Assembly: GCF_001194135.2 (NCBI RefSeq)
Contig: NC_068982.1
Coordinates: 27,903,075-27,967,074, forward strand
Length of the DNA: 64,000 nucleotides
Direction: 5' to 3'
Source: Octopus bimaculoides
Taxonomy: Eukaryota
Shown here: piece by piece, positions 12,396 through 26,746 of the stretch
Numbering within the stretch: the stretch's first letter is position 1
How the letters are laid out: the number at the start of each line of letters is the position of its first letter
Program-made: the position numbers and the translations under genes
Notes under the pieces: generated by a model
Told to the model about the DNA's origin: nothing
Database searches by the model: none
Seen by the model: only the letters and a program-made list of their open reading frames with translations

Positions 12396-14238
12396 GTGCA
12401 TGTGATCAAGCTGACCTTGACTTAATTGTAAGAATCACACTTGCACACAAATCCCTTCAATGTGTGAACTACTGAAAACTCAGTTTTAGCATTTCACGAC
12501 TATATATAATAAAACTGATTATTTGGAAATTTCAAAGTGCTGCAGAAATTCTTTGAAGACAGCCACATGAAAAAATCCTATATTAATCAGTATATGATCA
12601 AACATTTATTAGCCAAATTTAGAGATGTGGAAGAAAATTTATTGTACATTTAGTCAAATTGGAATTCAAATATAAAATATCTATATATATGATACTGGAC
12701 ACAGTACACTATCTCAAAGTATTGACACAGTTTAACAAATAATGACTGTTTAAGAATAATGGTATAAAAGGTTCTCATGTAGATTCTTTCTACAGGAGGA
12801 AGGCAAAAATAGCAAAACTGATTATATCCTAAATTTATACTGGATGGTAATTGAGGTGCATGAAGTGTTCCACACCGATTGTAGTTTGCTGAAGATGATT
12901 GCTTTGGAGGTACAAGACAGATATTAAAATGATACTGAAAATATTCAATATGTTTAGATAAAGAGTTAAATATAATTCTTTAAAAAGGAAAAGGGTATTG
13001 TAATATTGAGAATTCACAGAATTGTCAGATGATAAATTTTCCTGGGCAAACAACATTTTACAAGAATTAGGAAATGTCATAGCAGCATAGAAAATTAAAA
13101 CTAAATAAGCAGAAGTACAAGTTTTCCTAAAACTCACTCCATTGATAAAAGTTAAATACCAAACAATCATTTTCTATTTGAGGTTGGTGTCATTTTAAAT
13201 CTACTTATCTGAACATAAAAATTAAGAACAAAGAAAAGGGGTAAAAAAAGTGTTGCAATGTCTAGCATCATGCACTGGTTTGAAAGATCTCATTTTAAGT
13301 ACGTAATACACCCGCCTGGCTGCTTGAAGAGTCACATGACTAAGATATTGAACTCAACTAGCAGATTGTGCATTTGTATGTCAGCAATGAGGCCATATCC
13401 TTGCAGGAATTAAGATAACCACAGATATGTTTCACTGATATAGTATTGGTAAATATCAAGCTAAGCGTTATTCACAATGTTTTAGATGAGAAGTGTAAAG
13501 CAGAAAGTATTTCCAACTACTTTAGAAACAATATAAGCTCTTAGATCTGGTATTTCCTCAGTTGATATTGCAATGACACAAATGCCCTTGCTTTTCTGAA
13601 TTCTCACTGCAGACACCACCGAATGTTACACTAAACACTTCAAATTCTTCTACAGAACTGCAATCCTCTACAATTTCCTCTTCCTACACCGATCATTAAC
13701 TACAACAAACTTAACAGTCAGAGACTACAAAAGTCAGGGGTCTTTTCTCTTCCCCGAACTAATATATTAAAAAAAAAAAAACTGACAAGGATTGTGTAAT
13801 TATCTCTACACTAGAGCACTCAAAATTTAAAAAATTATTGCAAAGAAATCCAGACACAAAAGTCATGTGCAATAAATACAATGGGGTTGATACCATATGC
13901 CTGTTCTCTAAATTCTTTGCTATTGAAAACCATCAGACTATAACATATCTAAATAATTTAAAATACATCTAAAATCAGAATATATAATTAATTGACTCAG
14001 CTTGACATCTTTAAAACAAATGATTAACTAGTTAAACAAAATGTCAAAAATGTTTATTATATATTTATGATTAACAAAATCACAAAACAGACAAATACTA
14101 TACCATCATCTCTTTTATACAAATAATAACATAGACCTTATGAAAAACTAAAGGGATTGAGGCTTCTTTTACAGGTGTCCACTGATTAAGGATAGCATAA
14201 GTTTACAAGAAATAAAAAGCAAATGTAATAAGAGTTTT

Positions 14239-14585
14239 ATCAGGCATGGTTGTGTAGATGAGAAGTTTACTTCTCACCCATGTGGGTTTGGGTTCAGTCC
14301 CACTGTGTAGAACTTTGGGTGGGACCAACTAAAGCTTTGAAAGCGGTTTTAGTAAACAGAAACTGAAAAAAAGCTCAAGTGTGTGCGTATGTATGTGTGT
14401 CACCTTGTCTTGATACTGTGCAACAGTTGTAAACAAGCATTATCATCATAAATGGTGTCATTCATTTTCTATCTTCCATGAAAACATGTCTGGCCATGGG
14501 GAAATGGGTGAAGGTTAACAGAAAATCTGCCTCAATGAGTTCCATCTGACCCATGGAAAAGTGAACATTAAAATGATTATGATAA
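14239..14585 (+). mobile_element. tRNA-derived SINE (family A, degenerate) with (GAT)-type tail
   Basis: Head caggcatggttgtgt...gggttcagtcccactg, body aaacagaaactgaaa, and tail ctgacccatggaaaagtgaacattaaaatgattatgat shared with 40321-41005. Confidence 0.75.
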
Positions 14586-16098
14586 GGGCTAACAAAAATC
14601 TAATATACAATGTTTCCCTTTCAGGGGACGACAAAACTCAATTAAAATTAAACTTATTTAAAATTATAAATAGAAAATGTAATTAAACTAGACTGAATTC
14701 AAACAGGTTGGCAAGACAAGCTTAATAAAATTTCAATGAATTTTATCACAACACAGAAAAGGAATTTCTTGCAAGAGGGTAGAAGAAATTTTTAGTATCA
14801 CCCTGTGAAGTGTATTTGAATACCTATCTAACTTGAATATAATCATAATCAATAAAAATTTATCAGAAAATATGAATCATCATCATTACTTTATAGTCTG
14901 TTTACATTGCATGCATGGAAGGGTTGAAAAGGTCAACACAGCTCTAGTCAGTTTTTGTTTGGAGTTACTACCTTCCAAAGCAGTTTGGAGTATCATGTCT
15001 AACTACTGTGTTCCCTTTTTCGGTGTGATTTCTGTAGTTGGATGCACTTTCTAACCCTAACAACTTCCAGTATGTACAGGGTGCACTTTATTGTGACACC
15101 AACACTGCTGGGGCTGCACTGTCCCCTGCAAGACTAAAGAGTCCATATATTCACCATTCCTTCAAGGCAAATATGATTAAGAATGTGAATAGGAATGATG
15201 GTTAAAAAGAGGGGAAATTAGAGAGTGCAGTGGGATGAAACAAGGCAAAAGAGAACATATGAGTATGTGAAAAAGGGATGGGTGTGGATAGAGTGAAATA
15301 ATGACAAGAGAAAGCTAATGACAGCTACATGTTCATTGTTAGAAGTTGAATAGAAAGCACAAAATGACATGAAGTAGTAACAAAGATGATGTACCATGAT
15401 AGGAGTGAGGAAGGATATTAACAGAGATAGGTGAAGGGGTGAGTGGTAGATGCCAGGCAAGAGTTAGAAGGAAGAGAGAAAATTATGGTTAGTGGTGGAG
15501 GGTAACAGTATTGGGTACGTACCTATGCACCAGACCAGTTCAAGAATCAATTTAAATGATAAATCATTTCCACAAAATTTTTGGTTTTATGCCTATGTTA
15601 ATAAATTGCTACCAGTTATGAGTAACAGACTTTATATTCCAAAACAAAATGAATGACCATAGCTTAACATTTTAATGTGTGAAAAAAAACAACAAAAAAA
15701 CTACTGTACATACTGACATGTAAGCCAAAAATTTGGTTCCAGATTTTAACTTTGAAAAAGTTACTGCAGCTTATTTGCAAGTTATGCATGAATTGTTCCT
15801 GAGAATCTTTTAAGATGTACTTTTAATTCAAAGAAAATGACTTGGTGCACCGTCTTATAGAAGAAAATCAATAATCAGTTAATTGGAGCGACAAGAATAC
15901 TACTGTCCAACTTCACAGACATCAGCAAGATGTTTTTTTTTAACTAAAATAAACAAAGAACTACGATAAACTACTAACAAAGGTTTAGTTACAATTTATT
16001 GAAATACTGACACTAATTCCCACAGTTTAAAACCAAAATATTAAGCAAATGCATTTACTTTTATTTATTCAATTTATAATTCAATAATAACCTTAATA

Positions 16099-16192
16099 CA
16101 ATGGTTCCCAACCTGGAATCTGTAGACCCCTGGTGATTTGTAAAGGCAGTACTGGGGATCTGAACTAAATTCAAAATTATATATATATATAT

Positions 16193-16227
<35 letters not shown>

Positions 16228-16292
16228 AGGATAAGCATATTAAAAGGGGTCTGTGGGAGAACTCATTTAAATAAAAAGGTTGAGAACCACTG
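16099..16292. mobile_element. hAT-type MITE with internal (TA)/(CA) microsatellite
   Basis: TIRs caatggttcccaacct / aggttgagaaccactg. 8-bp TSD ccttaata / ccttaaca. Confidence 0.85.
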
Positions 16293-19200
16293 CCTTAACA
16301 GAGTTCCACATTTGGGTCTTACATGTGAAATTTGTCACATCAAGCCATCAAAATTCTCTGGGTCTCCCTAATATTTGATAGATAAAAAGCTACTTCACTG
16401 TTAATTCATGATCTGATAAGATTCTGTTGAAGTTTATTCATATTTCTTAAAGTAAAATTATTCTTGGAATCAATCAATTATTGCTATACAATGCCTTTGG
16501 TTTGTTTGAAGAGATTGGGACAAAAAGGATCACTTGCATACGACAACTTACTTAGCAGAGCAGCTACTACAATGTGCTCTGTTAAGTCTTCTTATGAATA
16601 ACATTTCGAATTTGAAACCAACATTTAAAAAAACTAACACTTTTGGTCTAAAAAATTCACAGAAAAATTATATATCCATTACTTGAATTTTCAATAACTT
16701 GTACTATTAATGGAACATTAAGAGTATTACTATATCTTGATTTCAACAATTGCGTATCATAAGGATAAGCACCAAGTATTATTTTCAAGTAGTGAACTTT
16801 TTAGATTCAGTGAATACTCTGACATCTGAGCCAAAGTAGTAGTGTACAATGTGAAACTTTGAAACAAAATGCAAAATCAAGCAAGAGTGAGACATGACCA
16901 TCTCGAATTCCACACCTTTATTAGAGAAAAAAAAAATTCTAAATGTTCTTGTAGTTAGAGTTTATTATTATAAAATTAGTTTAGGGTGGCAAGTTGGAAG
17001 AATTACTAGCAAGTTGGATAAAATGCTTAACAACATTCCTTCGTTAGGGTCAATAAAATACGTACCAGTTGAGTACTGAGTTGATGTAGTTGACTAACAC
17101 CCCTGCATTCTAAAACTGCTGGCCTTTTGCAAAAATTTGAAACTATTGTTATAAAGCAGTTTCGCTACAATGATTCCTGACAGACCAAGACCACAAATTA
17201 TAGAGAAGCTTATAGTCTCTCTCACTTGTAATTTGCTTATCACAATTTTTGCTCTTTGGCTCTAAGATAAAGCTGGGGTTTTTTAACTGGTCTTTTTTTT
17301 ACTTTTCTCTTTAGAGATTCCCCTCCCCCTTTTTTATAGCTAAAAATAAAGCTAATTCATTCAGTTTGATCTTTTGATTTCACTAGATACCCCCTATATT
17401 ACTCTTGATAACATCAAACCTATTCAGATTTCTAATTTAACTCGTATGAATTCTCATCATGTATCCAGCAAATCATACATATTTATTCACACACACACAC
17501 ACACACACACACTGCTTAGACTTCACACTACAAATTCTTATGTACATTTAGTCATCTAAGCCTTTCATTGCTGACATCAACCAAACTAAATTGAATATCT
17601 AAAAGAACTTATAAAACTACAGCCTTATAAAACTTTTGGTAGCTGCTGTGTGGTCACTCAACAACCAAATCTTCAAATCACACCCTAGCATAAAGAAAAA
17701 AAAAGCAATGGATAAATTTCATACTTAAGACCTAAATCTATTTGTCACGACTGGAAATCTTTTGAGCATAGACCTATCATAGTTCACTGGAGTTAAAAAA
17801 AAAAAACTTTGGAGCTAGTCCTTGTCATGCTGAATAGAGTCATTTGTCAAGTTTATATTTTAAACACTTGAAACCGTTTAGTAATGCTACTATTACATCA
17901 CTTAACAACTCACCACTTTCCATCACTCATAATAACAACTTCCTACTTTCTGAAAGCAATTGTCTCAAATTATCAGAGATTTCAATGAACTTCTCTATTT
18001 GAATCTTTCTCAATTCATGCTAATTTTAAAAATAAAAGTCTACAATAATAATGTTCTCCGTACTGCACATTTAAATTTTCAAATTCAATGTTACAAAACA
18101 GTATTGTTTTACAATGCATAACCTTAAAAGAAAATTCAGAGAAACAGGTTTTGGTCGATTTCATTTGCATACTATGTTTAAATTATTTAGCTGTGGATTA
18201 TTTGATAGCATTTTAATATGCTTACTGTAGAGGCTTCATCAAAAGTTAGAAAGGTTAACTTTGGAAATGAGAGGCTATTCTAAGGACAACCACTCGATTT
18301 TAAAATATTCTCATAAGTCATATAAAGACCTAAATCTGGACAACCAAATAATCCATGGTAATGTGAAAAACTTGGTGCGAAAATATCAAAATAAATAACA
18401 AGGGAATTTTTGTGTATTGGTTCAAGTACGAGAAATATTTGCAACCCACTTCAAAACAATATTTTGTTTAATTAAACACACAAATTTGCTTTTATTGAGA
18501 ATAACATTAGCTATCAATAAATTCTATTAACATTAATTCACTACTGAATAGAATGGTTGCATCAAATTATCAGTTTTGATAATTAAATGTTATCAAATTG
18601 TTGCTGGAATCCATATGATAGGAACTTTAATTTTTAACAGAGTAATAAATAAATGAAAATATACAAAAAAATTAATTAGATAATTTGTAAAACAAGGAAT
18701 GTATAAAAAAAAATTTCAAGAAAAACTCCACAGAACATTGCTTTTTAAAATTTTTATTTTAAAAAACTACTAGCATGACTTGCTTACTATGTGGCTTCAC
18801 TGGTAAATCTGAATAACAATGTTATTAATTGCTCTACTTTATTTAAACATTACTAATTTAATCATCATAACTATAAAAATGTATAGCATACGTTATAAAA
18901 ATACTTCAAGATACAAAAGAAACTTAAGCCAAAAAAAGGCAACCTTAGAAACTAATGACAAAGAAGTGTTAAATATTACAATTTCAGATCATTTATAGAA
19001 CTAAAGTTGGACCAGCTGGACTAATTTCTCCCATGTTGAGGTTTCGTTAACAAATGAGCACGCTCTTTTACTTTCAGAGTTTCTTCTTATAAACCCACTC
19101 CTATTAGTTAGACCAATATGCGCGCGCGCACCCCCACCCCCACACCCACACATTCCTGGATTTTTTTTTTTTGATTAATAAATTACTAGTATATTAATGT

Positions 19201-21359
19201 TTTGCTTCTGACACACTTCTCTCCATGTAGGCCACACACACACTGTTGGCTAAAATCTATAGATATATTATATAGTACAGTATAACATTGAAACAAGACA
19301 TCAGTAATTCACATCTTACAGAATTTACTTTCTACAAGAGAAAAATAGAAAAGGAGAAGTTTTTTTTAGTTTAAACTATAAGTATTGTTTTCAACTTCAA
19401 GGTGTTGAAAATAAATTCATTTAGTTGAGATACTAAAAAAATTGCAATTTCACTATTAGCCAAATTTATTATTACAGTACACAAAGAAGAGGCCACTCAG
19501 TGCTAAATAGTGATTCAGATCTAAACAAGTAGTTATCATTATTATATTATTATTGTAACTACTACAACTACTACTACCAGCATCATTTTCAGTACAAATG
19601 ATGGATAATAAGACCTAGTAATCCTAAAAGTTGGAACAAGTTCATGAAAGATAGACTAAAGTTAGGTAAAAACAAAATGAAAAATCTTTCAAGTAAAATA
19701 CATACTAAAATCTAAATCAATCTAGGTAATTGGCTGCATGAATTGCCTTCATCATAATGAAGTGTATTTATCCTAACACACTTTTCAATGAAACTTAAGA
19801 AAAAGGTCAAAGCACTTCTCTATACAACAAAGTAAGAATACATGAATAGCTGGATCAAACACACACACATAAAAGTAACTTGCAAGACAGCTCAGAATTA
19901 AAAAGCTCATATAATAGATATACTTGGTATCTGAAGCTAACAGAAAAAAAAAAATTCTTTCCTTGGTATAGGAAAAAAAGATTCCACCAAATAATGGTAT
20001 GAAATGACTGGGCTATTTGCATCTATTGTGAAAAGGAAACCAGGTTTCTTTTTAGATGTATATCCAGTCCTAATTCATGCATGCTAATATAACATTCATA
20101 AGAGGTGAATTTAAATGCATGTAGAAAAAACCCACAAAGATAGATAAATGTACCAGGATGACCTGATGATACAGGAATGACCTCATCTACACAGGTCTTT
20201 AACATGCCATTATTTTCCCAAAATAAAATGGTGATTAGACAAACTTATTCTGCCCCAAGCTATTCTAATGTTTTTCCAATTGATCTCAGACTCTTCATAA
20301 TAATTGATGTATTTGATGCCAAATAAAACATCTAATAACTCCTATCTTTGGGAAACTATCATATTGGTCACTTTTCTTTTGATATAAAATGAACAAGAAC
20401 TGTCTTCATAGCACTACTGTAAGCAGCTGTAGCATTCTATAAATAGTATTATTCATTCATAGTGACAACAGAAGCAACCAGGCTGATTGCAATCCGGCTA
20501 TTCAGCAGGGTATGCAGAAGGAAAGGGGTTGCATGGGTCAGCAGCAAAGGACNNNNNNNNNNACAAAAAAAAAAAATCAACATTAAGGAAAATTTTCAAA
20601 GGAAAAAAAATTCTGTAATCAAAACCTTAAATTTTTATTTCATACATACAAAGAATTTTTAAAGAAGGACTATAATCATACTGCAAAAGGTGCATGGGGA
20701 AGGTTAGGGTGTGGGAACACAATCATAAAATTCGGAGTTCAGTTCTTGGACGGGGTGGCACAATGTGTCCAGGAACAAGATACATAAACAGGTAGAATAT
20801 TTAGGCAAGATATGACCAGTTTAAATGCTAAAGGGTTAATGAAACTAGTAACAAGCTGTACTTTTTGTTTTGCCTAGATAAACACAATACCAGATGCTTA
20901 CTAAAACAAACGGTTGATCAGAAAACCCAAACTCATAACTAGAATACAATCCACCTTTTGAGTGACCAAATATCCATTCATTTACATTCTACTTATTTAC
21001 AAATCAATTTTCTTTCATATAATCATATTTGATAAAAGATGAAACATTGCTGGTAACAAGAATTTTGCATTAAGTTTCAACTGGAAAAAAAAAAGTGCTC
21101 ACTAAGTTTACTTCGTATTTCAGTATGCATCAGCTAATTAGATTATTTAAGAGCTTTATTCAAAACTGGAGAACACTAATAAACAGTATCTTTACCAACA
21201 AAATCAAAGATACAGACTAAGTAGTACAAAATAGTAGGTAACTATTCCTTCCAAGATTTAACTTGCATTATTTTAAATAGCTTAGATTGTTTCATTATCC
21301 AAACTAGGGCTTTGAATTTAGTTTGTTGCCTCTCAATTTTTTTTTACCTCTGCATCTAT

Positions 21360-21600
21360 ATTATCATCATCATCCTTTAACATCTGTTTCCCATACTGGC
21401 TGGCATTGGTTGGATGGTTTGACCAGAGCTGGCAAGCTATGGAGCTGCACCAGGTTCTAGTTTGGTTTGGCTTGGTTTCTATGACTGGATGCCCTTCCAG
21501 TTTACAGTGTGTGCTGGGTGCTTTTGATGTGGCACTGGCACGAGCACTTTTATGTGGCACCAGCAAGAATGCTTTTTACATGGTACCAGCACTGGACTCT
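21360..21600 (-). mobile_element. RTE-tailed SINE
   Basis: catcatcatcctttaacatctgtttcccatactggc...ggtttctatgactggatgcccttcc...gtggcactggcacgagcac; same family as 22037-22340. Confidence 0.8.
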
Positions 21601-22036
21601 TGCAGGCCAATCCCATTCACCAGGAGATGTGGCCTTAACGCTTATGCTGTGAGAAAAAGGGAATCTTGTAAGCATGCATGACAATGATCGTCATGAAATA
21701 TCCATTTTCTGAGCTGGCATGGGTTGGATCATGATTTAAATAATAGCGGGTAAACAATTGGAATAATTAAAGTTCAAAGAAATAAGTCTTTAGCTATTAC
21801 AGTTCTTTTTTTTACTTTCTTGGTTATAATTTTGAGAAACTAGGAAGACAGTGTATTGTACATCCACTCATATACCACTGAGCTTAGGAGGTCAAAACCA
21901 ATATATATATATATANNNNNNNNNNNNNNNNNNNNNNNNNNNNNNNNNNNNNNNNNNNNNNNNNNNNNNNNNNNNNNNNNNNNNNNNNNNNNNNNNNNNN
22001 NNNNNNNNNNNNNNNNNNNNNNNNNNNNNNNNNNNN

Positions 22037-22340
22037 GAAAATCATTTGAGCGAGGTCATTGCCAGTGCCGCTGGACTGGCTCCCGTGCAGGTGGCACGTA
22101 AAAAACACCTTTTTGAGCGTGGTCGTTGCCAGTACCGTGTGACTGGCCCTCATGCCGGTGGCACGTAAAAGCACCCACTAAACTCTCGGAGTGGTTGGCA
22201 TTAGGAAGGGCATCCAGCTGTAGAAACTCTGCCAGATCAGATTTGAGCCTGGTGCAGCCTTCTGGCTTGCCAGTCCTCAGTCAAATCGTCCAACCCATGC
22301 TAGCATGGAAAGCGGACGTTAAACGATGATGATGATTATA
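22037..22340 (+). mobile_element. RTE-tailed SINE with internally duplicated about 67-bp module
   Basis: Two copies of ttgagcgNggtcNttgccagt...gactggc...tgcNggtggcacgtaaaa (about 22046 and 22113), then ggttggcattaggaagggcatccagctgtagaaac...ggacgttaaacgatgatgatg. Confidence 0.88.
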
Positions 22341-22653
22341 TATACGTCAAATGCAGGTCCGTCATAAAAATTAAGGTGGATGCAACTTTTTAGTGCTCAA
22401 CACACAAAATGGCACAACTTGACTTCAAAATTCTTAGTGCTATCCTAAGCAAAATAGCTCTGACTGTGACAGTAGTAGCTTCTTGAAGTGGCCAAAGCTC
22501 AGTGTAACTGCTTAATATGAATTTTGCGTTTATATCTCTTCTATAAGCCAGCATACAAATACCATGTGCTACTTGCTATAAAACATCTGCCAACAGATTA
22601 TTCTTCAGACAGATGATAGAATTATGATCATCTATGTTAAGCCTGGAGGATAC

Positions 22654-22716
22654 CTGTTTTAATGCTTGGAAAGTTTATATTAGATTTCCTAGTTAACAAT
22701 AGCCTTTCCAGTATAT
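22654..22716 (-). CDS. Candidate internal exon of the minus-strand gene (63 nt, phase 1-1)
   Basis: Acceptor ttcacttgctctatgcAG and donor CAG|GTATCC. Open and phase-compatible with exon 31140-31074 (joined peptide ...PHYR-N-ILERLLLTRKSNINFPSIKT). No recognisable homology, so it could be chance. Confidence 0.3.
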
Positions 22717-23049
22717 CTGCATAGAGCAAGTGAATAACTTGTAATTACTTGATGTGCACAAGATGCTAGATCAAGATTTTACAGTCATCAAGCAATACAA
22801 TCAAGCATTTACAATACAGTAAGTTGGGAGGTGATGTTTATGAGTAAAACAATTGGTGCAGGAAATAAAATATTTGTAATTGTTGACAAAAAACTTGTCT
22901 TCATTGTAAGTTGTCAAGAGTTTATACACAAACACATGATGTGGCTGAAACCCACAGACAGTGTGCTATTTATAATTTTTCCAGACTGTAAATATTTTCC
23001 ATCAGTAAGGAATGTCTCACTTCCTAAAATGATTAATATATCTCAGATT

Positions 23050-23280
23050 TAAGGCTGTGAGCTGGCAGAATTGTTAGAATGTAAAGATGGATGAAACGCT
23101 GCTAAGCATTTAGTACAGCATGCTTAGTTCAAATTACACCAAGGTCGACTTTGCCTTTCATTCTTTTCTTTTTGGGGTGGGTGTCTTTGAAATAAGTACT
23201 AGTTGCATGCTGGAGTCTGATGTAATCGATTTAAGCCTCCCTTGAAACTGTTGGCCTCGTACCAAAATTTGAAACCAATA
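23050..23280 (+). mobile_element. tRNA-derived SINE (family B)
   Basis: gagctggcagaattgttag...aaggtcgactttgcctttcatt...aaataagtactagttg...gtaccaaaatttgaaacc. Confidence 0.8.
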
Positions 23281-23313
23281 TTTGTTAAGTTATATCATGC
23301 TGATGGCCTTTAA

Positions 23314-23534
23314 CCTTTTCATTGCTGTATTTGTTTTGAGGTGCTGTGTTTCTTTCAATTAATTTTAACAAAGAATTTAGTAAAATGACTTAGTTATCAT
23401 TAAACTAGTGTTAGGAACATAAATTGCAACTAAGGTTTGGTGGAAGATTTGAATTCAAAATTTATGAAAACAAGACATTTGTACTACTTACTACAGAGCC
23501 GGAGGCAGTTTCAGCCGAGTTGGGAGCTAAAGGG
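23314..23534. mobile_element. piggyBac-type MITE (second family)
   Basis: TTAA-CCTTTT...AAAGGG-TTAA termini. Confidence 0.7.
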
Positions 23535-23948
23535 TTAAGGGGAAGGGATGGTGCTGTCCAGGATTTCCATTGACTAGAAATTTTGGGTGCTTCATTGTGG
23601 ATGAGCAAGAGAAAGAAAAAATATTTTATGTTGCTTTTTTATTCCTTGATTTCAAACATGGATTTCTAATTCCACCAAATATTATGAAGAAATGCTTGTT
23701 TTCCTGGTAATTGCTGTTTCTTAGGTGAGAACACTTTTCTGACTACTCACCTTATTGATAGAAATGAGGTTCTATCTTGTTTCAGTCATGTATCTCACAC
23801 AATACCTCATTGAATTCAGACTAGGAACCTTTATCTATAAACAAAGGTAATGGGGAAAGCTATCTACTAGCTCACTGATAAATGCAGAATTTAAAAATAA
23901 AGCCATGAATTTAAATCCAGTCCTGATAGCTGACAGCTAACAGTTTAA

Positions 23949-24150
23949 CCCTTTAACATTCAAACCAGCCAAAATATGTAACCTATTTTATGTTGAAACT
24001 GGCCAGATCCAGCCTCTCATCTCAACTCTACAATGTCATTCTAAGACTAAACAATCACATCAGTGAAATCTCTAAACTACAAGATAAATGCATGATTAAT
24101 TCAAAACAATAAACAAATATGTTTGACAGAGTAATCTGAACACTAAAAGG
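23949..24150. mobile_element. piggyBac-type MITE
   Basis: TTAA-CCCTTT...AAAAGG-TTAA. The interior is homologous to 9581-9797 and 25997-26198. Confidence 0.8.
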
Positions 24151-25084
24151 TTAAACCAGCTGAACTGTAGAGTAGATATAAATATAAAAAATAGAGCAGT
24201 TACATCTGATTACCATTGACTATAAGTCTATTGAATATCAATGCTGAGCAGTAGTGGGTGGGGGGTGCTATACAATAACAATGTGAAATAAAGAAATTGG
24301 GAAAAAAATATTTACTATCAGAGTGAGTTTCATCTTTAAAGATGAAGCTAATAGCCCAAATACGAGTCAGTTTATCTCAGACATTTATCACCACACATGT
24401 TGACATCTGATATTTATTGCCAATGAACTATCCCATGATCAGAAGTATTCAAGTTGTAATCAGTCCATCTTTACTAGTAAGATGGAATTTGCAGGTCATT
24501 TGACAGCGGTTTTTAGTAAATCAAGTAATCATGTAAAGGATACCTTATTGGCCGAAAGTAAATTTTTTTTTTTGGTTTTTCAGGTTTGTTTCAATTTGTT
24601 TAAAGCATCGTCAACATGAAGACCTGTGATCAAAGGTATTTCAAATGTAACTGACCCAGCTTCCCCCTCCAAACAGGGTCTCTGGAACTAAATTATTCAA
24701 ACCGCTCACTTTTTAAGATGTTAGTGGATGACATTTCCAGCAGATGGAATCCTAAGTGCTCCCTCACTAGCCCAGCTGTTTCATGATATGTGCTGGTGTA
24801 TTGCACCAGTACTACAAACCCACTGAAGTAAATGAAAAAGGCAGTGGCAGGTAAATTATGTGACAAAAGATGGCAAAACCTAGGACCACAGTTATGGTAG
24901 TGTCGTATCTCATTATTAGTACTGAAATTGATCACAATGGCTCCAGCAGATACCAACAACTAACTCTGAGAATCACTATTTATGTTCTTCATTTCATTGT
25001 CTATTTAGGATTTTTTATTTTTTATAGCAGTTCTTTCTACCCAAACTTTCACTGATCACCCACGCCCAACTGTGCTACCAAATT

Positions 25085-25720
25085 ATTTCTCCTCTCCCAC
25101 CTCATACCTGCCTCTCTCTTCCCCACCCACTCCTTCAACCTACCCAACAGCATGTCATATTTCTTTCATCCTTCTCCTGTTTACTGTATCATCATAACTA
25201 TTTTGCTACTCTGCATTATCAGACATCCTCTACTTCCTCCACTCACTCCTGGCCCCGCTTCCTCACTCGTTCCTACCTGTCCCATACCTCAAAAGTCCAT
25301 CTAAACACCTGATCACCACTATTTTTTATCATTTTCCAGCTTCACCTGATCACTTCCACCTTCTCTTCAAAAATGTGAGTATAGTCATGTAGCTAGCTCT
25401 TCTGCAACAAGAAATCTATTCTACTTTGGCCCTTTTCTCTCCCTCATACTTTACCTTTCTATTCCTCAGCTCCTAGTATAAAGTCTCCCCAGCCACCTCA
25501 TAGTCTTGCAAAGTACGTGTTCACTTTAGTGTTGGTGGCACAAAAACAAAAGCACCCATTATATGGTGTGAAATGGGTGGTGTTAGAAGGGCATCAGCTA
25601 TAAAAGCCATGCCAAAGCAGACACTGGAACAAGATGCAGTCCTTGAGCCCAATGGATCTTATTAAACCATCCAAACTATGCCAGCATGGAACATAGATGT
25701 TAAATGATGATGATGATGTC
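25085..25720 (+). mobile_element. Long non-autonomous repeat ending in an RTE-type 3' tail and (GAT)n
   Basis: Pyrimidine-rich body followed by ttagaagggcatcagctataaaagccatgccaaagcagac...tgccagcatggaacatagatgttaaatgatgatgatg. A similar architecture occurs at 33890-34380. Confidence 0.6.
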
Positions 25721-25996
25721 AATGGGATAGACTGTCAGAAATATGTATATTACAGGACCCAACCAAAATAGGCAGGGAAATGGAATAAACCTACATAATC
25801 TAAAATACTGAAGATACCTTAGCACTACTCATTAAGTTCTCACAAAAAGAATGAGAAATCCTGTCGGTGACAGTTGACAAACACAATGACTACTTTCAGA
25901 ACATTCATAATTTCGCTGAAGTGTGTACTCTGCTCTTGATTAGTAAATTAATGTCTCAACAAAATATATCCTTATTTGGATAGCGCAATCGTTTTA

Positions 25997-26198
25997 TACT
26001 TTAGCATTTAAACCAGCTACGTCAGACCCAAATATGCTATATTTTATGTTCAAACCAGCTAGATCTGGCTTCTCACATCTACCCTACAATTTCATTTTAA
26101 AGATAGTCACATCATAGAAGCTACAAGATAATGCATAATTAATTGAAAACAATGTAAATAAATATGACATCTGACAGAGTAATCTGAAAGCTAAAGGG
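25997..26198. mobile_element. piggyBac-type MITE (degenerate left end)
   Basis: Interior matches 23949-24150; right end ctaaaggg. Confidence 0.7.
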
Positions 26199-26746
26199 TA
26201 AATGTTTCCAATCATAGAATAGTTACATCATTTACAGACCCATGATCTTACAGCCAGCACTAGCTGGCTGTAAGGATATAGTTTACTGTCATTGTATTCA
26301 TTACAAATGTATAGAAGAGGTAGATACCTATTATCTTGTCATACTCAGATGATAGCTGCTTCTAAGCTCCAATATGACAGATCTCAGTTTCAATTAATGA
26401 GTTATTCAGTAATGAGACAACTTGTATCCTTAATGTAATGCTCAGGCAAAATCTGTATGACTGCGTGTGACAAGGTCAGGGTTTCAATTACAGGTGAAAG
26501 TCTCGCCAACACGTTTTTACAGTTCAAACAAAAAATTACAAAGCTTAGGTCAACCTGAGACTATATGTGAAAACACTAACCACTGATGCAAAGTGATATT
26601 CTTAGCCATTCTACATTCTTGTGTAAATATTCATAGTAGACTAGTGGAATTTTCAAAGAAAGCCTTCGATCATTAAATGGCATTATAAAGCATTTCAGTC
26701 AAATTATGAGTGATCTATATAATTGACTGTGATGGGTCATCTAAAA

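Noticed and set aside
17927-18019. Minus-strand HELRKIQIEKFIEISDNLRQLLSESRKLLL* after a plausible acceptor
   Set aside because: Only 30 codons with no homology and no convincing in-frame donor; compatible with chance.
24583-24625. Minus-strand GLHVDDALNKLKQT*, resembling the Smr-domain motif
   Set aside because: Immediate stop, and the apparent acceptor derives from a repeat fragment.
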